Assembly: GCA_964563465.1 (NCBI GenBank)
Contig: CAZLVZ010000002.1
Coordinates: forward strand, 1-44,536
Source: an uncultured Candidatus Saccharibacteria bacterium
GTDB taxonomy: Bacteria; Patescibacteriota; Minisyncoccia; Minisyncoccales; PEYH01
DNA length: 44,536 nucleotides
Direction: 5' to 3'
In this document: positions 35,213 through 44,509 of the stretch, piece by piece
Layout of the letters: each line of letters opens with the position of its first letter
Position numbering within the stretch: position 1 is the stretch's first letter
Program-made: the position numbers and the translations under genes
The notes under the pieces: model-generated
The model's database searches: none
What the model saw: only the letters and a program-made list of their open reading frames with translations
What the model was told of the DNA's origin: nothing

Positions 35213-37234
35213 TTAAATTGTTTTACAGTCCGGATTTGAACATTTAATTTGATTTCTTTTCGTTTTTATCAATGGCCATTTGCATTTTGGGCAAAACTCT
35301 CCCGTCGGCTTATCCCAAACAGCAAAATCACACTTAGGATATCTATTGCAGCCATAAAATATTTTTCCTTTTTTCGTCCTTTTTTCAGTAATTTCTCCTT
35401 CTTTGCATTTTGGACACTTCATGTTCAATTTATTATCTTTGAGTGATTCTGTATATTTACATTTTGGAAATCCAGTGCAGGCATAAAATTTCCCGAATCT
35501 CCCAAGTTTTATAATCAAAGGCGAACCACACTTTGGGCAAATTCTATCAGTTTTTTCTTCAGCAATTTCTTGTTTGGAAAGCTCCCCTTCTTTTTGCTTT
35601 AGATTTTTCTCAAATGGTTCATAAAAATCCTTTACTACTCTTGACCACTCTTCTTTGCCTTGAGCAATTTTATCCAAATTGTTTTCCATATTAGCCGTGA
35701 ATTTAATATTAACTATTGTTGGAAAATGTTCAACTAAGATATTGTTGACCACAATTCCTATTTCTGTTGGAACAAATTTTCTTTGTTCATTTTTTTGAGC
35801 ATAATTTCTTCTTTGAACAGTAGAAATAGTAGGGGCATATGTAGATGGTCTACCAATACCATTTTCTTCTAAGACCTTAATTAAAGTTGCTTCGCTATAT
35901 CTCGCTGGGGGTTTAGTAAAATGTTGTAAGGGCGTTAGTTTTATTAATTCTAACATTTCTTTTTCTTTTAATCCTGGCAGAATAGCTTCTTTAAACTTTA
36001 TTGAATAAATCTTAAGAAATCCGTCAAATTTTAATGTCTGTCCGTTAGATTGGAAAACACAATTATTTGCTTCAATTTTAATATTAATGGAGTCAAAAAT
36101 TGCTTGATTCATTTGACTGGCGAGAAATCTTTGCCAGATTAATTTATAGAGTTTAAGCTGTTGGCTATCTAATTTTATATTTTCAGGCGTTTTTTCAATA
36201 TTAGTTGGTCTGATGGCCTCGTGAGCTTCTTGGGCTCCCTTGCTTTTTGTTTTATATGTTTTCGAGAATCCCGGCCAATAATTTTTGCCGAAATTTTTTA
36301 TAATAAAATTTTTGGCAGAGGATAACGCCTCTTGGGAAATATTAAGAGAATCAGTTCTGTGATAACTTATCAATCCTTTCTCGTATAATCTTTGAGCTAA
36401 GAACATTGTTTTTTGGGAAGAAAGACGAAGTCGTTGGCCAGCTGTTTGTTGAAGAGTGCTGGTTGTAAATGGTGGCAATGGATTTCTTTTAACTTCTTTT
36501 TTTTGGATATTCTTAATTTGAAATTTTGCTCCCTTTAAATTTTCAACAATATCTTCTGTTTCTTTTTTATTTTTGATTCCCAATTTAGGAATTTTTTTAT
36601 TATTTTTTTCAATTAAAAATGATTCAAATTCGTTGCCTTTTTTATCCTTTTTGTCTAATAGTGCAATAACACTCCAGTATTCTTCAGGAATAAATTTTTC
36701 AACTTCTTTTTCTCTTTCACAAATTAATCTTAATACCACGGACTGGACTCTTCCAGCAGACAATCCACGAGCAACTTTTTTCCACAGAAAAGGGGAGAGC
36801 TTATAGCCAACTATTCTATCTAAAACCCTTCTGCCGACTTGGGCGTTAACCAAATTCATATAAATTTTTCTCGGATTTTTTAGCGCATTTTTAACTGCTT
36901 TTTCTGTGATTTCATGAAAAGCGATTCTTTGATATTCTTTTAATTTTAGAATTTCTCTCAAATGAAAAGAAATTGCTTCCCCCTCTCTGTCTTCATCGGT
37001 GGCGAGAATAACGGTTTCAGCATTTTCACAAAGTTTTTTAATTTGATTTACTCTTTTACGGGCTTTAGTGGGGATAACATATTGGGGATTAAAATTATTC
37101 TCTATATCTATGCCAAGCTTTGATTTTGGCAAATCTCTAACATGTCCAAAACTGGCAGTAACTTCATATTCTTTGCCTAAAAATTTTCCTAATGTTTTTG
37201 CCTTTGCTGGACTTTCTACAATAATTAATTTCAT
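35213..37234 (-). CDS. topA: DNA topoisomerase I
   Basis: It has a Toprim N-terminus (MKLIIVESPAKAKTLGKFLG, ATDEDREGE), the active-site region SYHRTDS, and C-terminal Cys4 zinc ribbons (CPKCGSPL...C..FPKC, repeated). Confidence 0.95.
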   Translation of the reverse strand: MKLIIVESPAKAKTLGKFLGKEYEVTASFGHVRDLPKSKLGIDIENNFNPQYVIPTKARKRVNQIKKLCENAETVILATDEDREGEAISFHLREILKLKEYQRIAFHEITEKAVKNALKNPRKIYMNLVNAQVGRRVLDRIVGYKLSPFLWKKVARGLSAGRVQSVVLRLICEREKEVEKFIPEEYWSVIALLDKKDKKGNEFESFLIEKNNKKIPKLGIKNKKETEDIVENLKGAKFQIKNIQKKEVKRNPLPPFTTSTLQQTAGQRLRLSSQKTMFLAQRLYEKGLISYHRTDSLNISQEALSSAKNFIIKNFGKNYWPGFSKTYKTKSKGAQEAHEAIRPTNIEKTPENIKLDSQQLKLYKLIWQRFLASQMNQAIFDSINIKIEANNCVFQSNGQTLKFDGFLKIYSIKFKEAILPGLKEKEMLELIKLTPLQHFTKPPARYSEATLIKVLEENGIGRPSTYAPTISTVQRRNYAQKNEQRKFVPTEIGIVVNNILVEHFPTIVNIKFTANMENNLDKIAQGKEEWSRVVKDFYEPFEKNLKQKEGELSKQEIAEEKTDRICPKCGSPLIIKLGRFGKFYACTGFPKCKYTESLKDNKLNMKCPKCKEGEITEKRTKKGKIFYGCNRYPKCDFAVWDKPTGEFCPKCKWPLIKTKRNQIKCSNPDCKTI

Positions 37235-37262
37235 AATTTTTTATGAATTTTTTGGTATGTGA

Positions 37263-38132
37263 TTATCGCATTAATGCGAAAATATTGCCTCCTAAATTTT
37301 TTATTATTTTTTTTATTTCTAATCCAGTAAGAGTTGAGCTCGTTTTTGCTGGAGTCAATTTGGTTTTTTCAATAATTTCGTCAATACCCATTGCTTTTTT
37401 ATTACGAAGAATTTCTATGATAAGTTTTTCCTCTTCATTATCAGGATTAATTTCTTTTTTAATAATTGTCAAGTCTAATTGTAGCCCATTGATGATATCT
37501 TCAGCCGATTCTACTAATTTGGCCCCCTTTTTAATTAGGAGATGGCAACCGCGAGAATTTGGAGAATAAATTGAACCCGGCAGGGCAAAAACCTTTCGTT
37601 TTTGTTGAAAAGCATGATTTGCTGTAATCAATGCACCGGAACGAAACTTTGCCTCTATTACAATTGTCCCCAAAGATAAGCCAGAAACGATACGATTTCT
37701 TTGAGGAAAATTACTTTTATGCCCCGGTGTTCCGGGCGGAAATTCAGAAATTACTGCTCCCCCTTTTTCTATAATTTTTTCTGCTAATTCAATATTTTCG
37801 CGAGGATAAATACTTTTTCTATCAATACCAGTGCCCAAAACAGCAATTGTTTTTGCGTTGTTTTCTAATGCTGTTTGATGAGCAATTGTATCAATTCCAT
37901 GGGCCATTCCACTGACTATAACAAACTTAGCCCTTGATAAGTCCGTGACAATTTCAATTGTTGCCTGCTTGCCATAATCTGAACAGCGCCTTGTGCCAAC
38001 AACCGCAAACGCTAATTTGTTTTTTATGTCTAAATTGCCCATAAAATACAAAATCCTTGGCGGGTCAATGATTTTTTTTAGGGCTTTGGGGTATTGCGCG
38101 CTATTTATGTCTATTTTTTGTATCTTTTCCAT
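37263..38132 (-). CDS. dprA: DNA-processing protein DprA (Smf)
   Basis: Motifs seen: AVVGTRRCSDYGKQ, VSGMAHGIDTIAHQ, and GALITANHAFQQKRKVFALPGSI. It overlaps the pth 3' end by 32 nt. Confidence 0.9.
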   Translation of the reverse strand: MEKIQKIDINSAQYPKALKKIIDPPRILYFMGNLDIKNKLAFAVVGTRRCSDYGKQATIEIVTDLSRAKFVIVSGMAHGIDTIAHQTALENNAKTIAVLGTGIDRKSIYPRENIELAEKIIEKGGAVISEFPPGTPGHKSNFPQRNRIVSGLSLGTIVIEAKFRSGALITANHAFQQKRKVFALPGSIYSPNSRGCHLLIKKGAKLVESAEDIINGLQLDLTIIKKEINPDNEEEKLIIEILRNKKAMGIDEIIEKTKLTPAKTSSTLTGLEIKKIIKNLGGNIFALMR

Positions 38133-38658
38133 TGAGTTGTGCTAATAAGATATCAGTCGCTTCTTTTTTTGTTTCTTCTAAAATTTCTTTTTCTTGTTTG
38201 CTAAATTTTTGTAAAACAAACTTTTTTACATCTATTTTAATTGGTTTTGGACCAATGCCTATTTTTAAACGGTTGAAATTTTTTGTACCCAATTCGTCAA
38301 TTATTGATTGGACTCCCTTATGCCCGGCTGAACGGGAATTTTCTTTGATTTTTATTTTCCCTAACTCCAAATCAAGATCGTCGTGTATTATCCAAAGATT
38401 TTTTAATGGGATTTTGTAAAATTTTATTAAATGACTTACTGCTTGGCCAGACGAATTCATAAATGTTTGTGGCTTAGCTAAAATAATTTTTTGCTCATCA
38501 ATTTCTCCTTGCGAAATTTTCGCTTTTAATTTCTTTTTATTTTGCCAAATAGAGAAACAACCTTGTTTTTTTATAAGATTAATAATTTCAAAACCAAGAT
38601 TGTGGCGAGTATTTTTGAATTTTAAGCCAGGATTTCCCAAGCCAATAATTAAAATCAT
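38101..38658 (-). CDS. pth: Peptidyl-tRNA hydrolase
   Basis: Motifs seen: ILIIGLGNPGLKFKNTRHNLGF, IIHDDLDLELGKIKIK and SAGHKGVQSI. Confidence 0.9.
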   Translation of the reverse strand: MILIIGLGNPGLKFKNTRHNLGFEIINLIKKQGCFSIWQNKKKLKAKISQGEIDEQKIILAKPQTFMNSSGQAVSHLIKFYKIPLKNLWIIHDDLDLELGKIKIKENSRSAGHKGVQSIIDELGTKNFNRLKIGIGPKPIKIDVKKFVLQKFSKQEKEILEETKKEATDILLAQLNGKDTKNRHK

Positions 38659-38720
38659 TTTTTTATTATATCTTAGTGTTTCTATAATAATACTTTAATT
38701 CCAAAATTTTGCAAAACTTG

Positions 38721-38748
38721 TTGACTTTTAAGAAAAAGAGTATATAAT
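38721..38748 (+). promoter_or_regulatory. Near-consensus sigma70-type promoter (TTGACT-16 nt-TATAAT)
   Basis: The hexamers TTGACT (38721..38726) and TATAAT (38743..38748) lie about 80 nt upstream of the small ORF. An 8-bp hairpin CATATCTT/AAGATATG (38767..38790) sits in the predicted 5' UTR. Confidence 0.5.
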
Positions 38749-38829
38749 AAAAATAGCTAAATCTTTCATATCTTATAGAGGAAAGATATGATATAGCTCT
38801 TTGTACAACCAAGCGAAAGGGGGATTTAA

Positions 38830-39036
38830 ATGTGCACCAAAGAAGAAATTGAGCTGCGAGCGTTAATGAACACAGCAGCAATCAAACGCGATCTCAGGTT
38901 GCAAGAGGTTCAAAAGGCCATTCAATCAGGAGATTTGCATTTGATATCTAATCGAAGGTGCCCAGATTGTTCTGTCGATGACGCTGGGCCGATAGATCCC
39001 AGCATCAATCTATCAGAATTGATAGCGATTTATTAG
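38830..39036 (+). CDS. Hypothetical small protein (68 aa, contains a CPDC pair)
   Basis: The ATG is preceded by AAAGGGGGA. It has its own promoter and a strong terminator. It is more G+C-rich than its flanks, and no family was recognised. Confidence 0.45.
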   Translation: MCTKEEIELRALMNTAAIKRDLRLQEVQKAIQSGDLHLISNRRCPDCSVDDAGPIDPSINLSELIAIY

Positions 39037-39042
39037 AGTATC

Positions 39043-39077
39043 GGGGATAGGCTTTATGCTTATCCCCATCTTTTTTT
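39043..39077 (+). terminator. Intrinsic terminator
   Basis: GGGGATAGGC-TTTAT-GCTTATCCCC forms a stem, followed by ATC and then TTTTTTT. Confidence 0.75.
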
Positions 39078-39136
39078 GTTTGTCAAAACATGGTTTTTAG
39101 TTTAATATAAATAGATTAATGGTAACTTAATCATAC

Positions 39137-39667
39137 ATGAAAAAATTTATACTTTTTATTTGGGAAATAGTAAAAATAGCCGTGATAGCTCTTATAATAG
39201 TTGTGCCTATTAGGGCTTTTGTTTTCCAACCATTTTTTGTCAGAGGAGCAAGCATGGAACCCAATTTTCATGATTTTGATTATTTAATTGTTGATGAAAT
39301 ATCTTACAGGGTTAGACAGCCACAAAGAGGAGAAGTAATAGTATTCTATAATCCCAATAATAATTCTCAAAGATTTATTAAACGAGTGATTGGTTTACCC
39401 GGAGAAACAATAAAAGTAGAAAAAGGAGAAGTATCTATCAAACAAGATGCAGATTTTTTTGTTTTAGATGAATCAAAATATTTAGATCAAAGCGTTAAAA
39501 CACCAGGAAGTAAGGAAATTACACTGAAAGATAATCAATACTTTGTAATGGGCGACAACAGAGGAGTTTCTCTTGATTCAAGATTTTTTGGAGCATTAGA
39601 GAAAAAATTGATTATTGGCAAAGAGTCTTTTCGTTTATGGCCGTTAAGTATTTTGGCAAAGCAATAA
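39137..39667 (+). CDS. lepB: Signal peptidase I
   Basis: It has an N-terminal TM helix, the catalytic Ser block GASMEPNF, and RFIKRVIGLPGE and GDNRGVSLDSRFFG. Confidence 0.9.
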   Translation: MKKFILFIWEIVKIAVIALIIVVPIRAFVFQPFFVRGASMEPNFHDFDYLIVDEISYRVRQPQRGEVIVFYNPNNNSQRFIKRVIGLPGETIKVEKGEVSIKQDADFFVLDESKYLDQSVKTPGSKEITLKDNQYFVMGDNRGVSLDSRFFGALEKKLIIGKESFRLWPLSILAKQ

Positions 39668-39681
39668 AATTATATTAAATT

Positions 39682-40971
39682 ATGGCAACGAAGAAAGGTA
39701 AAACAAAAATTCAAAGCGTTCCTGGGATGTCGGACATTTTGCCTAAAGACCAAGCTTTTTTCAAAAAGATTTATACTACGGTCAATGATTTCTCTTCATT
39801 CTACGGTTTTGCAGAGTTGACTCCTCCAATCTTAGAATATACTGAACTTTTTGAGAAAGGCACTGGCGATGATACAGAAATTGTTGAAAAACAAATGTAT
39901 TCTTTACGCTCAGATGGAGGGGATTATTTGACACTAAGACCAGAGTTTACTCCCTCCTTGGTTAGATCATATATAGAGAACGGAATGATTAGTTTGCCTC
40001 AACCAGTAAAGCTTTTTTCTTATGGGCCGGTTTTTCGCCACGAAAAACCACAAGCTGGGCGTTTTCGCCAGTTTAACCAGTTTAATTTAGAGGTTTTTGG
40101 CTCCACAAAGCCAATTATTGACGCAGAGCTTATATATATTTTCTATAACATTCTTCAATCGTTAGGCATCAAGGACTTAACAATAGAAATCAATAGCATC
40201 GGAGATCAAGAGTGCCGTCCAGCATACAAAAAACTTTTATTGAAATATTTACGAAAAAATGAAAAATTTTTATGCTCGGATTGTAAAAAACGATTAAAGA
40301 AAAACCCATTTAGAATTTTAGATTGTAAAGAAGAACGATGTCAGCAAGTTGTTTCTGGAGCACCTCAAATTATTGACCATCTTTGCAAAGAATGCCACAA
40401 TCACTTCAAGAAGGTCTTAGAATTTTTAGATGATTTGGGATTGCCATATAATCTAAATCCTTACTTAGCTCGAGGATTAGATTATTATACTAAAACAGTT
40501 TTTGAGATAGTTACGGAGGACAAAGATGGAAAAAGTAAAATGAGCTTACTCGGAGGAGGAAGATATGATAATTTAGTAAAACTTTTTTATGGAAAAAGTG
40601 TTCCCGCCTGTGGCGGAGCAGGAGGGGTGGAAAGGATTATTGCAGCGATGAAAGAAAGAGAAATACAGGTATTAGAAAAACCAAAGCCAGCTATTTTTTT
40701 AGCTCAATTGGGAAATACCGCAAAAACTAAGGCATTAAATGTAATGGAAGTTTTGAGAAGAGCTAATCTTCCTGTAATTGAATCGTTTGATAAAGATTCT
40801 CTCACCGCCCAGCTTAAGGTAGCGAATAAGTTAAAAATAGGATACACCTTAATTGTTGCAGAAGAAGAAGCGAGTAAAAATATGTTGATTGTTAGAAACA
40901 TGAAGACCGGTAAACAAACTTTAGTTAAAATGGAAAGATTAGTTAAAGAAATGAAAAAAAAGTTAAAATAA
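39682..40971 (+). CDS. hisS: Histidine--tRNA ligase
   Basis: Class II motifs are present (LRPEFT, FRHEKPQAGRFRQFNQ, GGGRYDNL, GGAGGVERI), along with the anticodon-binding C-terminus. Confidence 0.95.
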   Translation: MATKKGKTKIQSVPGMSDILPKDQAFFKKIYTTVNDFSSFYGFAELTPPILEYTELFEKGTGDDTEIVEKQMYSLRSDGGDYLTLRPEFTPSLVRSYIENGMISLPQPVKLFSYGPVFRHEKPQAGRFRQFNQFNLEVFGSTKPIIDAELIYIFYNILQSLGIKDLTIEINSIGDQECRPAYKKLLLKYLRKNEKFLCSDCKKRLKKNPFRILDCKEERCQQVVSGAPQIIDHLCKECHNHFKKVLEFLDDLGLPYNLNPYLARGLDYYTKTVFEIVTEDKDGKSKMSLLGGGRYDNLVKLFYGKSVPACGGAGGVERIIAAMKEREIQVLEKPKPAIFLAQLGNTAKTKALNVMEVLRRANLPVIESFDKDSLTAQLKVANKLKIGYTLIVAEEEASKNMLIVRNMKTGKQTLVKMERLVKEMKKKLK

Positions 40972-41000
40972 AGAATAATTAATCATTAGTAATCAATTTT

Positions 41001-41228
41001 ATGTCAGGACTTACAGTAGAGAAAAAAGAAAGAGAAAATAGTCGTCAATTAGTTAGTCGCTTTATTAGAGGCCTAAGAAGAAGTGGCCTTGTTTACAGGG
41101 CTAAGAAAGATCAATATAATCAAAGACCATTGAGCCATGAAATGAAAAAGAAGGCTGCTCTCAGAAAAGAAGAGCTCAAGGTGAAATTTGAGCGTTTAGA
41201 AAAATTAGGAAAGAGCCATCAAAAGTAA
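41001..41228 (+). CDS. rpsU: Ribosomal protein bS21 (divergent)
   Basis: The pattern E..R.LVSRFIRGLRRSGL...AKK...Y..P.....KKKAALRK parallels Bacillus S21 (ESLEDALRRFKRSVSKTG...ARKREFYEKPS..RKKK). It lies next to yqeY and ybeY, as in Firmicutes. Confidence 0.65.
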   Translation: MSGLTVEKKERENSRQLVSRFIRGLRRSGLVYRAKKDQYNQRPLSHEMKKKAALRKEELKVKFERLEKLGKSHQK

Positions 41229-41273
41229 AACATTTTTAATGAAGTAAATCTCATTAGAGATGGTAAAAATTTA

Positions 41274-41759
41274 ATGGAGTTACGTCAACAGATTCAGAAG
41301 GACTTGCATGACGCTATGAAAAATCAAGAAGAAAGCCGTATTTCAATTTTACGGTTGCTTTGGGATGCAATTATCAAAAAAGAAAAAGAAAAGAGAATGA
41401 ATTTCAAGAATGACATAGGAGAAAACATTGACGAAAAGAGTCAAATAACCGAACAAGAATTGTTGCAGATAATTTCTTCTTTGGTAAAAAGAGCAAAAGA
41501 CGCAACCATACAATTTAAACAAGGTAATAGAAACGATTTGGCAAAGAAGGAGGAGGAAGAAGTTATTATTTTGCAGGAATATCTACCAGAGCAACTCAAA
41601 GAAGACGAAATTAGAAAATTAGTTGGAGTTGCCATTAAAGAAACAAATGCTAATTCTATGAAAGATATTGGTAAAGTTATGGAATCGTTGATGCCAAAAA
41701 TACAAGGGAGAGCAGACGGAAAGATTATAGCTAAAATGGTGAAAGAGATATTATCTTAA
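41274..41759 (+). CDS. yqeY: GatB/YqeY-domain protein
   Basis: Motifs seen: LRQQIQKDLHDAMKNQEESRISILRLL, ILQEYLPEQLKEDEI and MKDIGKVM. Confidence 0.8.
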   Translation: MELRQQIQKDLHDAMKNQEESRISILRLLWDAIIKKEKEKRMNFKNDIGENIDEKSQITEQELLQIISSLVKRAKDATIQFKQGNRNDLAKKEEEEVIILQEYLPEQLKEDEIRKLVGVAIKETNANSMKDIGKVMESLMPKIQGRADGKIIAKMVKEILS

Positions 41760-41769
41760 TATTAGATAA

Positions 41770-42192
41770 ATGATTGAAATTAATAATATAGTAAAAGTTC
41801 CCATTAAAGAGAAATTATTTAAGCAAGTTGGAGAAGAAATTTTAGACAAAGAAAATATTCAAGAAGAGGTTGATATTTCCGTAGCAATAGTCAAAGAACA
41901 AGACATTAAGACATTGAATAAAATTTATAGAGACAAAGACGAACCAACAGATGTTTTGTCTTTTGCTGAAAATTCTAATTTTATTTTTCCCATTGAGGGG
42001 ACAAAACAATTGGGAGAAATAATTATCTGTCCCTCTCAGGTCAAAAAAGCAAAAGAAAAAATATCGGAAGTATTCATTCACGGTCTTTTGCATCTCTTGG
42101 GCTATACTCATAAATTTGAGAAGGACTCAATTATTATGGAGGCCAAACAAAAAAAATATTTAACTTTTTTTAAAAAATATGGCTCGGAATAA
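41770..42192 (+). CDS. ybeY: rRNA maturation endoribonuclease YbeY
   Basis: It has TDVLSF and the metal-binding motif HGLLHLLGYTH. Confidence 0.85.
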   Translation: MIEINNIVKVPIKEKLFKQVGEEILDKENIQEEVDISVAIVKEQDIKTLNKIYRDKDEPTDVLSFAENSNFIFPIEGTKQLGEIIICPSQVKKAKEKISEVFIHGLLHLLGYTHKFEKDSIIMEAKQKKYLTFFKKYGSE

Positions 42193-43399
42193 TAATATTA
42201 TTACAGCGATAGATATTGGTTCTTACTCTATCAAGGGTATTGTTGCCAGAACAAGTGGAGATAATAAAGAAATAGCAGTCCTTTCTTATGTTAATGTTCC
42301 TTCTGTTGGATTAAGGCGAGGAGTAATAACTGACACAGAAATCGTTTCCGAGAAGATTAATCAAGTTCTTGATAGAATGAAAAACGAGATTAAACCTCAG
42401 AAAATTAAAGAGGTTTTTATTAATATTGGTGGTCCCCGTGTTACTTCTCAAATGAGTCATGGTGCTGTAGCTATTTCCCGAGCTGATCAAAAAGTTTCAC
42501 ACGATGATAAAATGAGGGTTGTTGAAGAAGCGAGATCCATAAGTTTAAATTATAATAGAGAAGTTTTAGATATTTTTCCTAAAGAATTTGTAGTGGATAG
42601 CGAGACGGGATTGAAAGATGTTGTCGGCATGAAGGGAATAAAATTAGAAGTTCAGGCATTAGTAGTGTCTGTTTTTTCACTCTATTTACAAAAATTAGTT
42701 GATACTGTATTAAGCGCAGACGTTGAAGTCGCCGGAGTTATTCCGTCCGCATTAGCCGCTTCAGAAGCGCTTTTGACAGACCAACAAAAAGAATTGGGCT
42801 CAACAGTTGTGGACATAGGAGCAGAGACCACAAGCATAGTTGTTTTTGAAGATAAAAGTTTAATTCATTTGGCCATATTACCGATAGGTTCTGCTCATAT
42901 AACAAGGGATATTGCTATAGCCCTACAGGCAGACATTGATGTTGCTGAAGCAATAAAAAAGAAATTTGGTTTTTACATATTTCAAAATAGAAATAGAAAA
43001 GAAAAAATTATTATTGACAAACAAGAGCCTTTTATTTTTGATACAAAAAAAATGATTAAAGCTGGAAGGGCTAGGGTTGTAGAAATTTTTGATTTAGTCA
43101 ACAAAGAGCTTAAAAAAATTGACAAACAAGAATCTTTACCAGCAGGAGTTATTATAACCGGAGGGGGTTCGAAAATTCCAGGTCTAATTAGTTTTGTAAA
43201 AAAGGAGCTTAAACTTCCTATAAAGAGGGGAATTGTTAAAAAATTTATTGGCATAGAAGAGGATGCCTCTAATAGTGTTGTCTGTGGTTTAATAATGACT
43301 GGAATTGGTCGGGAGGAGAAGGAACAGAGTGCAAAGAGCGGAAAATTAATTTCTAAATTTAAAAGAGTTATTAAAGCATTGAAAATTTTTGTCCCATGA
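42179..43399 (+). CDS. ftsA: Cell division protein FtsA
   Basis: It has the actin-fold motifs (AIDIGSYSIKGIV, VVDIGAETTS, GVIITGGGSKIPG). A C-terminal amphipathic helix (KLISKFKRVIKALKIF) is present. Confidence 0.9.
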   Translation: MARNNNIITAIDIGSYSIKGIVARTSGDNKEIAVLSYVNVPSVGLRRGVITDTEIVSEKINQVLDRMKNEIKPQKIKEVFINIGGPRVTSQMSHGAVAISRADQKVSHDDKMRVVEEARSISLNYNREVLDIFPKEFVVDSETGLKDVVGMKGIKLEVQALVVSVFSLYLQKLVDTVLSADVEVAGVIPSALAASEALLTDQQKELGSTVVDIGAETTSIVVFEDKSLIHLAILPIGSAHITRDIAIALQADIDVAEAIKKKFGFYIFQNRNRKEKIIIDKQEPFIFDTKKMIKAGRARVVEIFDLVNKELKKIDKQESLPAGVIITGGGSKIPGLISFVKKELKLPIKRGIVKKFIGIEEDASNSVVCGLIMTGIGREEKEQSAKSGKLISKFKRVIKALKIFVP

Positions 43400-44325
43400 G
43401 AAAACTAACAAAAATAAAAGTTTTAGGTATCGGTGGTTCCGGAGGCAACGCTCTTTCCAGAATGACGAAATGTAAAATTCAAGGAGTGGAATTGATTGCT
43501 TTTAATTGTGATGTTCAAGACCTAAAGAAAACAAAAGCAGACAAGAAGATTCAGATTGGAGAGAAGCTTACCAAAGGATTGGGCGCAGGTATGAATCCAC
43601 AGACAGGAAAAGAAGCGGCAGAAGAAAGCCGTCTTTTTATAGAAGATGCCTTGAAAAATACAGATATTGCTTTTGTGGTTTGTGGACTTGGAGGAGGGAC
43701 TGGTTCTGGAGCTGCGCCAGTAATAGCTGAAATTGCTAAAAATCTTGGAATTTTAACGATTGGAGCCGTTACTATGCCCTTTTCTTTTGAGGGAGCTCAA
43801 AGAAAAAATATAGCTAAACTAAGCCAAGAAAGATTGAAAGAAAGAGTTGATACTCTTTTTGTTATTCCAAACAATAAGTTACTTGAGCAAATAGACGAAC
43901 AAACAACCTGTATCTCTGCTTTTTGGTTGTGTGATGAGATATTAAGACAAGCGGTGCAGGGTATTTCTGATTTGATTGTTAGGCCAGGAATTATTAATGT
44001 TGATTTCGCTGATGTTAAGGCAATAATGAGTGATTCTGGCTTTGCTCTTTTTGGTGTTGGTAATGCCGAAGGTGAAGACAAGATTGAAAAAGCAGCCAAT
44101 ATGGCCATCAATTCTCCTTTCTTAGATTTTGGCATCAATGGAGCTCAAAGAATTTTATTTAATATCACAGGTGGCAAGAATCTATCATTAGTTGAAATTC
44201 AGAAGGCAGCAAAGATTATTACTAAAAGCTCTTCTGCAACCCGTGTTATTTTCGGAGCAATTCAAGATAACAAACTAAAACCTGATGAAGTCAAAATCAC
44301 CCTCATCGCAGCAGGGATTGAATAA
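43396..44325 (+). CDS. ftsZ: Cell division GTPase FtsZ, core-only (no C-terminal linker or conserved tail)
   Basis: Motifs seen: VLGIGGSGGNAL, the tubulin signature GLGGGTGSGAAPVIA, NVDFADV, and the ending ...KITLIAAGIE*. The ATG overlaps the ftsA stop (ATGA). Confidence 0.95.
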   Translation: MRKLTKIKVLGIGGSGGNALSRMTKCKIQGVELIAFNCDVQDLKKTKADKKIQIGEKLTKGLGAGMNPQTGKEAAEESRLFIEDALKNTDIAFVVCGLGGGTGSGAAPVIAEIAKNLGILTIGAVTMPFSFEGAQRKNIAKLSQERLKERVDTLFVIPNNKLLEQIDEQTTCISAFWLCDEILRQAVQGISDLIVRPGIINVDFADVKAIMSDSGFALFGVGNAEGEDKIEKAANMAINSPFLDFGINGAQRILFNITGGKNLSLVEIQKAAKIITKSSSATRVIFGAIQDNKLKPDEVKITLIAAGIE

Positions 44326-44337
44326 CTCATAATTTTG

Positions 44338-44460
44338 AGGTTCGAATCCTACTCGCGGAGCAGGCTAGTGAGCCTTTCGGGAGACCGAGAGGCCCTGTAT
44401 TCTCAAGGTTTCTCAGGATCGGTTCGAGAAAAAATCCCCATACCCCGATAGGAATCGAAC
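44338..44460 (+). ncRNA. Candidate structured RNA / tRNA-T-arm-like inverted-repeat element (family unknown; strand tentative)
   Basis: The arms GGTTCGAATCCTA (44338..44350) and TAGGAATCGAACC (44448..44460) pair at 12/13 positions. Inside lie GGCU-AGUG-AGCC and an 8-bp hairpin CCUUUCGG-GAGA-CCGAGAGG with a GNRA loop. G+C is far above the local background. A terminator follows. Confidence 0.45.
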
Positions 44461-44486
44461 CGTATTCAAGAGTAAATTTTTCCAAT

Positions 44487-44509
44487 CAATCGCCATTTTG
44501 GCGATTTTT
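44487..44509 (+). terminator. Intrinsic terminator
   Basis: AATCGCC-ATTTT-GGCGATT forms a 7-bp stem, followed by TTTT. Confidence 0.7.

Noticed and set aside
44336-44362. tRNA gene or tRNA 3' half after ftsZ (GGTTCGAATCC...TCGCGGAGCA), and a mirrored one on the minus strand at 44440..44470
   Set aside because: The T-stems pair at only 2-3 bp. No matching 5' acceptor strand, D-arm or anticodon arm can be drawn within about 90 nt. It is treated as the arms of an inverted repeat or a tRNA-derived remnant instead.
44323-44455. Stop-codon readthrough or recoding to supply the missing FtsZ tail
   Set aside because: The in-frame continuation (LIILRFESYSRSRLVSLSGDREALYSQGFSGSVREKIPIPR*) has no FtsZ linker or CTP-like character. 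It simply tracks the structured G+C-rich element.
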